Source: an uncultured Fluviicola sp.
Lineage (GTDB): Bacteria; Bacteroidota; Bacteroidia; Flavobacteriales_D; Crocinitomicaceae
Assembly: GCA_964427665.1 (NCBI GenBank)
Contig: CAYRVL010000005.1
Coordinates: forward strand, 17,443-79,292
Reading direction: 5' to 3'
DNA length: 61,850 nucleotides
Below the pieces are notes generated by a model. The model had not been told where the DNA came from. It worked only from the letters and a program-made list of their open reading frames with translations, and searched no databases. Position 1 is the first letter of the stretch; each line of letters starts with the position of its first letter. This document shows, one piece after another, positions 28,674 to 37,842 of this stretch. The translations under genes and the position numbers were made by a program.

Positions 28674-29693
28674 ATGTTGAAACGATTTGCCTTATATATC
28701 GCATTGATCTTTCCAAACTTTGCCTGGCTTCAAACGGGCGGCATCAATGGATCTCAATACTTGAACGCTTATTATTCGGCACGTCAATTGGGCCTGGGAG
28801 ATATCATTTGCGTCTCGGACGGAGATTTGCAAAGTGCTTGGTCCAATCCAGCTACCTTATCAAAGGAACATCATCAAAAAAGCATGATCGGTCAAACCTT
28901 ACTCCCTGCCGGCATCAATACCGGTTCATTGAGTTATGGAAGACAATTTGGAAACGTAACCGGAAGTGCACATTTCCGCTACCTGTCTTACGGAAAAATG
29001 AAACGCACAGATATCAATGGCGCCGATCTGGGCACATTTAGTCCGGGCGATTTCGTGTTGGGAGCAAGCGCAGCGAAAGCAATCAATGAGCGTATGGCGA
29101 TCGGAGCGACAGTGAATTTGCTGTATTCGCAACTGGACCAATACACTTCATTTGGAGGATCTGTAGATATTGGCGGAATTTATCGGGATGACGAAAAACG
29201 ATTGGTTGTGGCAGGCGTTGTCCGAAACTTGGGAGCTCAATTCAAAGGTTATACAAGCACCCGTTCATCCTTGCCCCTTGAAGTCCAATTAGGGATCAGC
29301 CATAAATTAAAACATGCGCCCTTTCGCTTCACCTTGGTTGGGACGAATTTACAGAAATGGAACCTTACTTATAATGATCCGAATGCGAAAGACAAGATCG
29401 ATCCGCTCACGGGCGATACGATCAAAGTTCAGAAGGCAGGATTCTTTGAAAAGGTTGGTAGACATGCACAGATACAAACCGAATTGATCCTTGGAAAAAA
29501 AATGCATTTACGGGTTGGATTCGACTACCACAGAAGAAAAGAAATGGCTATTGCAAACCGACCGGGATTGGCAGGATTTTCATTTGGCGCAGGATTCTAC
29601 TTCAAGCGTTTTTCCCTTGATTACGGTTGGATGATCTATTCTAGCGCAGGTTCGCAACATGGCATAACACTGGGAATCCCTCTCAAAAAATAA
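28674..29693 (+). CDS. porQ: Type IX secretion system protein PorQ
   Basis: SARQLGLG, NPATL, VRNLGAQFK, KLKHAPFRF, GFSFGAG; upstream of cmk as in the usual synteny. Confidence 0.85.
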   Translation: MLKRFALYIALIFPNFAWLQTGGINGSQYLNAYYSARQLGLGDIICVSDGDLQSAWSNPATLSKEHHQKSMIGQTLLPAGINTGSLSYGRQFGNVTGSAHFRYLSYGKMKRTDINGADLGTFSPGDFVLGASAAKAINERMAIGATVNLLYSQLDQYTSFGGSVDIGGIYRDDEKRLVVAGVVRNLGAQFKGYTSTRSSLPLEVQLGISHKLKHAPFRFTLVGTNLQKWNLTYNDPNAKDKIDPLTGDTIKVQKAGFFEKVGRHAQIQTELILGKKMHLRVGFDYHRRKEMAIANRPGLAGFSFGAGFYFKRFSLDYGWMIYSSAGSQHGITLGIPLKK

Positions 29694-29822
29694 TTTTTTT
29701 TTCACCGAATTGTAACCTTGAATCAGGTACTTGCGTAATTAACCGCAGATTGTTTATAACAAAACGTGTTTTGAAAACAATTTTATTAATACTTTAGTCG
29801 CAACCAATAATTAATTTCAAGT

Positions 29823-30503
29823 ATGAAAAAGTTAAGTTTACTAGTAGGAGGGTTGGCTCTATCAACTCTAGCTCTTGCTCAAAAACCATCTGCTGAAACT
29901 CCATTCTCTTTGGAAGGTCAGTTGGGTTGGAACGCATCTACATTGTCGTTCAACGCACCATCAATCCGTTTCCGTTACTTCTTGCAAGATAACTTGGCGG
30001 TACGTGCAACATTAGGAGTTAACAACAACAAAACTGTTGACAACTACTTCCAAAACGAAAGTGACAACACTGGTGCTACTGGTGAGTACATTACTAAAAC
30101 TGGAGGATGGGGATTGGCTCTAGGAGCTGAATACCACTTCGAAGGAACAGATAGATTGTCTCCTTATGCAGGTGTTGACATCATGTTCGGTGGTGGATCT
30201 TTGAACGAAGAAGGAACAAACGCTGCTAACGGTTTCGGTTATGTAGCTGATTACACGTACACAAACGAGCAAAAATCAAGCATGGTAGGTGTGAACTTGG
30301 TAGCAGGTACTGACTACTATTTCGCAGAAAATTTCTACCTAGGATTGGAATTGGGTCTTGGATGGAGATCTAATACATGGAAAGAAGGTACTGAAGTTGA
30401 AACTATCTCAGGAACAACTACAACTACCAAGTCTAACGAAGGAAAATCATCTTCTCTTGGTAACAACGTAATCGGAACTTTCCGTTTGGGTTGGAGATTC
30501 TAA
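29823..30503 (+). CDS. Outer-membrane beta-barrel protein, probably highly expressed
   Basis: Signal peptide A|Q; RFRYF, GAEYHF...RLSPY, DYYFAENFYLGLELG, terminal LGWRF; strong codon bias. Confidence 0.8.
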   Translation: MKKLSLLVGGLALSTLALAQKPSAETPFSLEGQLGWNASTLSFNAPSIRFRYFLQDNLAVRATLGVNNNKTVDNYFQNESDNTGATGEYITKTGGWGLALGAEYHFEGTDRLSPYAGVDIMFGGGSLNEEGTNAANGFGYVADYTYTNEQKSSMVGVNLVAGTDYYFAENFYLGLELGLGWRSNTWKEGTEVETISGTTTTTKSNEGKSSSLGNNVIGTFRLGWRF

Positions 30504-30520
30504 GCTGAATCACAATTTTG

Positions 30521-30545
30521 AAGGGGGCTCAGCCCCCTTTTTTTT
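30521..30545 (+). terminator. Rho-independent terminator
   Basis: AAGGGGGC-TCA-GCCCCCTT followed by a T-run. Confidence 0.85.
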
Positions 30546-30583
30546 GCTCTAAACTTTTAGATTCCGTAATTTTGAAGATATCC

Positions 30584-31294
30584 ATGAAAGCAAATAAAAT
30601 AAATATCGCGATTGACGGTTACAGTTCTTGCGGCAAAAGTACACTGGCCAAAGCACTTGCCAAAAAACTAGACTACGTGTTTGTCGACTCCGGCGCCATG
30701 TATCGAGCGGTAACTTATTTCTGTTTGAAGAACGGAATCATCAAAGACAGAAAAGTAAACGAATCCTTACTTTCTCAGCACTTACCTGATCTTAGAATCC
30801 AGTTTGGAGATTATCTTCCAAATGGAGCGCGAGCGGTTTTATTGAACGGAAAAGACGTGAGCTTGGAAATTCGATCGATGGAAGTAGCCGGAATGGTCAG
30901 TGAAGTAGCCACACTGAAAAATGTTCGCACGTTTCTGGTCAAAGAACAACAGGCTTTAGGAGAACAAGGCGGTGTGATCATGGATGGACGCGATATTGGC
31001 ACGGTTGTTTTTCCTCATGCAGAATTGAAATTATTCATAACTGCATCACCTGAGATCCGAGCGCAACGCCGCTTTCTGGAACTAAAGCAAACACAACCGG
31101 ATATCACGTTGGAAGAGGTGAAAGAAAATTTGGAGCACCGCGACCATATTGATACCACCCGAAAAGAAAGTCCGCTCACACAAGCCGAAGACGCGATCAT
31201 TATTGATAACTCCAACTTGAATCCGGAAGAGCAATTGGAACTTGCCATGAAACTTGTTCAAAATTCAATAGAAAAAGCAACGCTTTCAGCCTGA
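30584..31294 (+). CDS. cmk: Cytidylate kinase
   Basis: IAIDGYSSCGKST, DSGAMYR, MDGRDIGTVVFP. Confidence 0.95.
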   Translation: MKANKINIAIDGYSSCGKSTLAKALAKKLDYVFVDSGAMYRAVTYFCLKNGIIKDRKVNESLLSQHLPDLRIQFGDYLPNGARAVLLNGKDVSLEIRSMEVAGMVSEVATLKNVRTFLVKEQQALGEQGGVIMDGRDIGTVVFPHAELKLFITASPEIRAQRRFLELKQTQPDITLEEVKENLEHRDHIDTTRKESPLTQAEDAIIIDNSNLNPEEQLELAMKLVQNSIEKATLSA

Positions 31295-31407
31295 TTGCGA
31301 GCTTCTAAATCCTCAGCGTATCCATTCATATCTTCGAAACTTTGTGTGATATATTCATTTAAAGATTCTTATCGCTAAATAAAAGTGCAAAAAACTTTCA
31401 GTTTGTT

Positions 31408-31415
31408 TAAATTTG
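31408..31415 (+). promoter_or_regulatory. Bacteroidota -7 element (TAAATTTG)
   Basis: TAnnTTTG followed by CA, 26 nt upstream of the ATG at 31442. Confidence 0.55.
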
Positions 31416-31441
31416 CACACCTGTTTAATTTTATACCTGTT

Positions 31442-32104
31442 ATGTTATCTATCGGAAAAGTTACCGAAGAAATTATCGGTCGTAGTCCATTCTTACGTGA
31501 GGCTATGACAGACGATCTCATCAACATTTCTTCATTGGCCAGAAAAATCAAACCTGAAATTGAAGAGACGCTTGGAAAAGAAGTGAAGGAAGGTGCAATT
31601 GTCATGGCGATCAAACGCATGTCACCAGGACTTTACCACCGCCTGAACATGAAGATCACAAATATTATCGGTGAACTTGGTGATTTTTTAGTGCGCTCGA
31701 ATTTGGAGGACTACACTTTTGAAAACACGGAATCCTTGCGTCAAAAACAAGCTGACCTCGTGCAATTAGTAAGTGCGGAGTCTGATGTGTTCTATACAAT
31801 ATGCCGCGGTGTAACCGAAACAACGATCATTGCCTCGCAAAGTATTTCACCGAAGATAGGGAACCTATTGATCAACGAACGTTTAAAGTCGCACACAACC
31901 GACCTTGCCTCGATCACGGTGAAATTACCTTCCGTAAACTCTGAAGTGTATGGTATTTACTACTATATCCTGAAACATTTGGCATGGGAAGGATTGAATA
32001 TCGTTGAAGTGGTTTCAACGGCCAACGAATTCACGATCATTGTAAAACAAGATCACGTTGATAAAGCCTTTAAAGTTTTGATGCAATTGAAACGCGGAAA
32101 GTAA
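31442..32104 (+). CDS. ACT-domain protein with N-terminal HTH-like segment (no kinase domain)
   Basis: LINISSLARKI...AIVMAIKR; C-terminal ACT-like LAWEGLNIVEVVSTANEFTIIV. Confidence 0.7.
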   Translation: MLSIGKVTEEIIGRSPFLREAMTDDLINISSLARKIKPEIEETLGKEVKEGAIVMAIKRMSPGLYHRLNMKITNIIGELGDFLVRSNLEDYTFENTESLRQKQADLVQLVSAESDVFYTICRGVTETTIIASQSISPKIGNLLINERLKSHTTDLASITVKLPSVNSEVYGIYYYILKHLAWEGLNIVEVVSTANEFTIIVKQDHVDKAFKVLMQLKRGK

Positions 32105-32107
32105 TCG

Positions 32108-32137
32108 AAAGCCTCCACAATGGGGGCTTTTATTTTT
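32108..32137. terminator. Bidirectional terminator between convergent genes
   Basis: AAAGCCTCCA-CAA-TGGGGGCTTT with a T-run. Confidence 0.7.
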
Positions 32138-32873
32138 TAATCAATTTACCCTGACCGGATTCAACCACCTCCACAGCCGGTGGCTCACCTATATAGTAAA
32201 CATTTCCGATACTTTTAATAAAACCGTATATCGGCAAGTTTCCGGTATTCACATACATATCTCCAGATGTTTCCGAAGCTACATAGATCGAATCTGTAAC
32301 CACTAATTTTCGCGTGTCACAAAAACCATTGCTGCGCGCCCCGATCTTAGCGATCTGAGTTTTTCCTTCCAGGGTATAATCGCCCCAGCCGTGAACAATA
32401 TCCGCCATCACAACGATAGAATTCAACTTCAAATTGACCGGTCCTGCACCATCTCGAACTGTCAGCGTAAAATAGGGTGTTTGAAGCGTATCTTTCGAAT
32501 AAATTCGCTCACTGCCTTCATAATGCAAGTTGATCAGATCCGTAAAATGAATCTCCACCTTGATCACTTTTTTTGCATCCCGGAAAAACGGACAGCGGTT
32601 CGTATTCTTGATCATCAAGAGCTTGTCTTGCAGTGAGTATTCGATGAAGTTCACCACATTTTCTCCGCCTGTGATCACCAATTTATCCAAACTATCCTGT
32701 ATGAGTTCGTATTCAATATGCGGATGCAATTCCAGTCGGTTAAATTCACCAAGTGCAAGCTCCTTGGAAACAAGCTCACCGGTTGATTTGAAACAAGCAC
32801 GATCTGAAGCTTTCTTGCAGGAAAGCAAACCAACCATCAAGATGCTACTCAAACCGATCAGTACAAACTTCAT
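32130..32873 (-). CDS. Head GIN domain (DUF2807) lipoprotein
   Basis: Lipobox LLSC; C.KSTGE; beta-helix-like repeats; GNVYYIGEP...SGQGKLIKK. Confidence 0.75.
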   Translation of the reverse strand: MKFVLIGLSSILMVGLLSCKKASDRACFKSTGELVSKELALGEFNRLELHPHIEYELIQDSLDKLVITGGENVVNFIEYSLQDKLLMIKNTNRCPFFRDAKKVIKVEIHFTDLINLHYEGSERIYSKDTLQTPYFTLTVRDGAGPVNLKLNSIVVMADIVHGWGDYTLEGKTQIAKIGARSNGFCDTRKLVVTDSIYVASETSGDMYVNTGNLPIYGFIKSIGNVYYIGEPPAVEVVESGQGKLIKK

Positions 32874-33970
32874 TGTTTTTTCCATTTAAAGGTATAACCT
32901 ATTCCCCACTCCACATAATCAGCCTTCGCCCAATGGGATTTTAGCACTAAATTCATCAACAAGCCATTATCAAAACGATAACGCACCCCTACGCGGTGAT
33001 ACAATTCGTCATCCGCATCGTAACGATCTTTCAGATAAACTCCCATTCCCAAGGAAAAATTCAAACGATCCAAAGGCAACATGTAGCCAACGTAGGCTCC
33101 TACCTGAAAAATCGTCCATTGAGTCTTCGGGATATACGGTCGATAGCCAAAAAGCGCTTGTTTACTGATCAGATCTAAGGCCACCTCCATCCCTACTTTT
33201 GGACGAAACTGTTTGTGAAGCATATTACTAAGCGCATATACCGGATAATTCTTCCCGGTAGTTGGAAAGATCTCTTTGCTGGATACAATCCCAATGATCG
33301 AATATTTCCAATTTTTCAACCAAGGTGTTCGCTGCCAACTTTCGTCCTGTTGAACCACGCCCGGAGTCTGTTTAAACCGATATCCATATCCCAAGGTCAC
33401 GAAGGGTATGTTCAAACCAAGATTGGGAACTTTGGAGGAACCATTCGAAAAATGCGTCATATCCAAACCATACAAGAATGAATGCTTTTCACTGAAATGC
33501 CACCGGCCCGATATTCCCAGACATAGGAGCGCATTCACTGGACTGCTTACAGCAACGTTTTTTGGATTGCTTTGTTGATCAAAAACCTTGGTCACGTAGC
33601 CGATTCCGGCTCCCAATTTGGCTGACAGATAATGCTTCGTAGAATTTGAAAACGGAAATTCGATAAAAGCATATGTCCCGAATCCATATCCCAAGATCTC
33701 CTCATTCCCTAAATTTGAACCATAGATCGTTGCTCCTACAAACGGATTCTTGTAAGCGGAAGCCCACTTCTTATCGGTGTATATCCGTTTATAAACAGAA
33801 ACCTCACCAGCAAAAACGCGATCTTTCGACAAATGACTCATCGTTCCCCGATGGGCTGCTAAAAATCCATTTTTCACTTTGAATTGAAGCGACCATTCAT
33901 CAAACGATTGTTCCTGAGCCTGCGTGGCCCCTCCGAAAATAAGTAGGAATATTACCGGCAAAAAACGCAT
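32870..33970 (-). CDS. Acyloxyacyl hydrolase / PagL-like beta-barrel protein
   Basis: Signal peptide; NPKNVAVSS; THFSNG (PagL-type HxSN); PNLGLN; LKSHWAKADYVEWGIGY. Confidence 0.75.
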   Translation of the reverse strand: MRFLPVIFLLIFGGATQAQEQSFDEWSLQFKVKNGFLAAHRGTMSHLSKDRVFAGEVSVYKRIYTDKKWASAYKNPFVGATIYGSNLGNEEILGYGFGTYAFIEFPFSNSTKHYLSAKLGAGIGYVTKVFDQQSNPKNVAVSSPVNALLCLGISGRWHFSEKHSFLYGLDMTHFSNGSSKVPNLGLNIPFVTLGYGYRFKQTPGVVQQDESWQRTPWLKNWKYSIIGIVSSKEIFPTTGKNYPVYALSNMLHKQFRPKVGMEVALDLISKQALFGYRPYIPKTQWTIFQVGAYVGYMLPLDRLNFSLGMGVYLKDRYDADDELYHRVGVRYRFDNGLLMNLVLKSHWAKADYVEWGIGYTFKWKKQ

Positions 33971-34009
33971 AATCAAATTTACATCTTTTCTTTCATGTAT
34001 TTTTGTTTT

Positions 34010-34819
34010 ATGAAAACATCTGATATTTCCATAGAAGCCAACGACCCGCGTTTGATCGCATTTGCTCGACTATTAACCATCATGGACGATTTGCGTGAAA
34101 AATGTCCGTGGGACAAAAAACAAACCTTTGAATCATTGCGACACCTAACGATCGAAGAAACATTCGAACTTTCAGACGCAATCCTTCAGAATGACATGGA
34201 GGGTTTGAAAGGAGAAATTGGCGATCTGATGTTGCACATGGTGTTCTATGCAAAGATTGGCAGTGAGATCCAAGCCTTTGATATAACAGACGTGCTGAAT
34301 GCCATTTGCGACAAGTTGGTCCACAGACATCCGCATATTTATGGTGATGTAGAGGCGAATACAGAAGAGGAAGTGAAAGCAAATTGGGAAAAGATCAAAC
34401 TTCAGGAAGGCAAAAAATCGGTACTTTCCGGTGTTCCGAATACCCTACCGGCACTCATCAAAGCTATGCGTATCCAAGAAAAAGTGAAAGGTGTCGGGTT
34501 TGATTGGGACAACATGGAAGACGTTAAAAACAAAGTTATTGAGGAGCTTTCGGAACTACATGAAGCACAGCTGGGTAAAGATCAGGATGAAATAGAAGCA
34601 GAATTTGGGGATGTCCTGTTTTCGATGATCAACTATGCCCGATTCTTGAACATTCGTGCGGAAGATGCCCTCGAATCTACCAATCGCAAATTCATTCGTC
34701 GCTTCATGCTTATGGAAGAGCTTATTACAGAGAGCGGAAATTCTATAGAGGATATGAACTTGGAAGAAATGGATCAATATTGGGAAAAAGCGAAACAGAT
34801 CTTGAGAACTCAGGCCTGA
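34010..34819 (+). CDS. mazG: Nucleoside triphosphate pyrophosphohydrolase MazG
   Basis: CPWDKKQT, EETFE, EIGD, RHPHIYG, EEL.E...EFGD, KFIRRF. Confidence 0.95.
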   Translation: MKTSDISIEANDPRLIAFARLLTIMDDLREKCPWDKKQTFESLRHLTIEETFELSDAILQNDMEGLKGEIGDLMLHMVFYAKIGSEIQAFDITDVLNAICDKLVHRHPHIYGDVEANTEEEVKANWEKIKLQEGKKSVLSGVPNTLPALIKAMRIQEKVKGVGFDWDNMEDVKNKVIEELSELHEAQLGKDQDEIEAEFGDVLFSMINYARFLNIRAEDALESTNRKFIRRFMLMEELITESGNSIEDMNLEEMDQYWEKAKQILRTQA

Positions 34820-34919
34820 CCCCGTTCAATCAATAAAACGACCGCTTGGTCAAAAATACTGGAAACCATTTGCTAATAACTGTTAAATCCGTAAATTCGA
34901 CCTCTTCAAGAATACTGCA

Positions 34920-37265
34920 ATGAACATGAAACATTTCCTCTTCCTCATTTCCTTTTTCTTTTTAGCATTTTCAGCCAACGCGCAAGAACATACCGTTCGC
35001 GGGTTCATTTACGACAGTGAATCCGGTGAGGCATTGCCGTTCGTACAGGTATTGCTGATCCCATTTGACAAAAATGAAAAGATCATGGGAGCATCTACCG
35101 ATGTGAATGGTTTCTTCTCCATCCCGAAAGTAAAAATCGGCTCTTACGTTAGTCGCGTGGAGGACATCAATTACAAGTTATACGAAAAAGAGATCCAAGT
35201 AACCAAAGCCACAGGAATTACCGATGTGCGCATTGATCTCATTGCTCCCGATAACACAGGAGAGATCGAAGAGGTGGTTATTTCCGCAGAAGCGAAAGCC
35301 AAAACGACAGAGGTATTGATGTCACAGATCAAATTGGATAAAAAAGGGCTGGAACGCATTCCGTCTGTAGGAGCTGAAAACGACGTAGTAGGTGCATTTT
35401 CGGTAACTCCGGGAGTTGTAACTACCGGTGACCAAGGTGGACAATTGTACGTACGCGGAGGAACACCGATCCAAAACAAAGTATTGTTGGATGGGATGAC
35501 CATCTATAATCCTTTCCACTCTATTGGTTTCTTCTCGATCTTCGAAACGGAATTAGTAAGAAACGTGGATATTTACACCGGAGGATTTGATGCTCGTTAT
35601 GGAGGTCGTATTTCCTCGATCATGGATATTTCATACCGTGATGGAAACAAAAAGGACTTCGGCGGAAAAGTATCTGTTTCTCCTTTCTTGGGAAAATTGG
35701 TGCTAGAAGGTCCGATTTACAAAAACAAAAATGGCGGCGGTGCATCGTACGTTTTTTCCGGAAAACATTCGTTATTGCCCTATACATCCGATCAATTGTA
35801 CCGAGGTGTTAACAATGGCAATGGTTTACCGTATGAATTTACAGACGGACACGGAAAGGTCACTTTTTATTCCGGAGAAGGTTCGAAAACCTCTATTTAT
35901 GGATTTCACAACCGCGACAAAGTGGTTTACGACAGTGTGGCGACGTTGAGTTTTAATCAAAGCGGTGGAGGACTGAGCTTTTTGTTAGTTCCGAGCGGCT
36001 CTCCAATCTTTATTAAAGGTCACGTGAATGGTTCTCGATACGAGACAACGTTTTTAGAGGAAGGAAGCGAACCTCGAACCAGTTCAATTGGCGGCGCGGA
36101 TATGGGCTTTGATTTTACGTATTTCTTGAAAGGAGAAAGCCAATTTGATTATGGAATCGGCGTTACCTTGTTCAATACGCGTTATTTGACCTTTAACGAG
36201 ACGAAAACACAGATCGCGAACGAGAATTTTACGACAGAAATTGGAGCCTATGTGAATTACAAGAAAGTAACCAAGCGATTGGTTATTCAACCGGGATTCC
36301 GTTTACAAGTATACTCCTCACTGTCAACGATCTCACCTGAACCACGTTTTGGAATGAAATTCAACGCAACAGAAAAATTGCGTTTGAAACTTTCCGGAGG
36401 TCGTTACACGCAAAACTTTACTTCAGCATCTTCAGATCGCGATGTAGTGAATTTATTCAATGGATTGTTGAGTGCACCGACGAACGTACAATCGACATTC
36501 ATCACACCGAATGGATTAGAGAAAAATCCAAAGAACGGACTTCAGGTTTCTTGGCATGCGATCGGAGGTTTTGAATACGATGTAAACAAATACATCAATG
36601 TCAACATTGAAGCATATTACAAGTACTTCCCACAATTAAGTAACATCAACGTGAACAAGATCTATGATGACGTAGCCGAGTTTGCAGACAAAGATGACGT
36701 CTTCAAAAAAGACTTCCTGATCGAATCAGGGGAATCCTACGGTGTTGACGTATTGTTGAAATATTCAAAAGACCGTTTGTTCTTGTGGGGAGTTTATTCC
36801 TTGGGTAAATCAACGCGCTGGGATGGATTCGCCCAATACTTCCCGGTATTTGACCGTCGTCACAACATCAACTTAGTGGGTTCGTACGTATTTGGTAAAA
36901 AGAAAACATTGGAATTGAATATTCGTTGGAACTTAGGTTCAGGTTTACCATTTACTCCTACGACCGGATTCTATCAGCCTGATAACTTTGGAAATGGTCC
37001 ATCAACAGATTACACCAATTCGAACTCCCAGGAGATCGGGATTTTATTAGGTGACTTCAACAGCAAACGTTTGCCATACTACCATCGTTTGGACATCACG
37101 GTGAAAAAACAATTCAAGTTCAAGAACAAGTCAGAAATGGAGATCGTTGGTGCCTTGACCAATATTTACAATAGAAATAATATTTTCTATGTGAATCGAG
37201 TTACCAATGACGTGATCTATCAGTTCCCTTTCTTACCAAGTTTAGGAGTTAGTTATAAGTTTTAA
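34920..37265 (+). CDS. TonB-dependent receptor with N-terminal carboxypeptidase-regulatory-like domain
   Basis: STDVNGFF; YVRGG..QN..LLDG; GGFDARYGGRISS; RLPYYHRLD; terminal SYKF. Confidence 0.9.
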   Translation: MNMKHFLFLISFFFLAFSANAQEHTVRGFIYDSESGEALPFVQVLLIPFDKNEKIMGASTDVNGFFSIPKVKIGSYVSRVEDINYKLYEKEIQVTKATGITDVRIDLIAPDNTGEIEEVVISAEAKAKTTEVLMSQIKLDKKGLERIPSVGAENDVVGAFSVTPGVVTTGDQGGQLYVRGGTPIQNKVLLDGMTIYNPFHSIGFFSIFETELVRNVDIYTGGFDARYGGRISSIMDISYRDGNKKDFGGKVSVSPFLGKLVLEGPIYKNKNGGGASYVFSGKHSLLPYTSDQLYRGVNNGNGLPYEFTDGHGKVTFYSGEGSKTSIYGFHNRDKVVYDSVATLSFNQSGGGLSFLLVPSGSPIFIKGHVNGSRYETTFLEEGSEPRTSSIGGADMGFDFTYFLKGESQFDYGIGVTLFNTRYLTFNETKTQIANENFTTEIGAYVNYKKVTKRLVIQPGFRLQVYSSLSTISPEPRFGMKFNATEKLRLKLSGGRYTQNFTSASSDRDVVNLFNGLLSAPTNVQSTFITPNGLEKNPKNGLQVSWHAIGGFEYDVNKYINVNIEAYYKYFPQLSNINVNKIYDDVAEFADKDDVFKKDFLIESGESYGVDVLLKYSKDRLFLWGVYSLGKSTRWDGFAQYFPVFDRRHNINLVGSYVFGKKKTLELNIRWNLGSGLPFTPTTGFYQPDNFGNGPSTDYTNSNSQEIGILLGDFNSKRLPYYHRLDITVKKQFKFKNKSEMEIVGALTNIYNRNNIFYVNRVTNDVIYQFPFLPSLGVSYKF

Positions 37266-37271
37266 ATGTTC

Positions 37272-37300
37272 AAAAAGCGGCCGATGGTCGCTTTTTTTTT
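37272..37300 (+). terminator. Rho-independent terminator
   Basis: AAAAAGCGGCC-GAT-GGTCGCTTTTT followed by a T-run. Confidence 0.85.
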
Positions 37301-37434
37301 GTTTATAACAAATGAAGTTTTCACTTGATTCGATTTGTTTAATCAAGGCAACTGTTTTATTTTTATGACGTTATGAAAACAGACTTCTGAGGAATCTGGG
37401 AGTTGAACCTATTGCTATACGAAACTACGAAAAC

Positions 37435-37842
37435 ATGTCTTTACGATCATTTCTATTGATTGCATGGTGCTTTGTCCTTTACAACACCGCTGTTGCCCAG
37501 AGCCCGATCGATGATCTCAACGCACAACGATCCATTTTAATTCAGAACGGAGAATCTACGGAAAATGTTGATTTGCAATTGTATCATCTGGGTTATTTGC
37601 CTAAAGCCATTGTTCATCAGAACAGTTCTGTGCAGATTGAGTTTCCCTTTTATCATCCGATCTCGACAGATAAAGCTACACGCGTTCAACAGCGTTTGAC
37701 AGCATATTATCCGTTTTTAACCGAAATAGAAGTTCTTGTTCCCGAAAAAAAGATCCGTGCATCGTTTACGCAAGTACCAACTGCCGAAATGATCAATGAA
37801 ATTGTTTCACATTTTTCTTACAGTGGTTATGAGATTCATTAA
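37435..37842 (+). CDS. Small secreted hypothetical protein (partner 1), C-terminal HMA-like fold without Cys
   Basis: Signal peptide ending A|Q; overlaps the start of the next gene by 14 nt. Confidence 0.7.
   Translation: MSLRSFLLIAWCFVLYNTAVAQSPIDDLNAQRSILIQNGESTENVDLQLYHLGYLPKAIVHQNSSVQIEFPFYHPISTDKATRVQQRLTAYYPFLTEIEVLVPEKKIRASFTQVPTAEMINEIVSHFSYSGYEIH

Noticed and set aside
29750-37312. Identical 14-mer TTGTTTATAACAAA at 29750-29763 and 37299-37312 upstream of two surface-protein genes
   Set aside because: Very AT-rich and partly within a terminator T-tail; cannot be distinguished from chance without a genome scan
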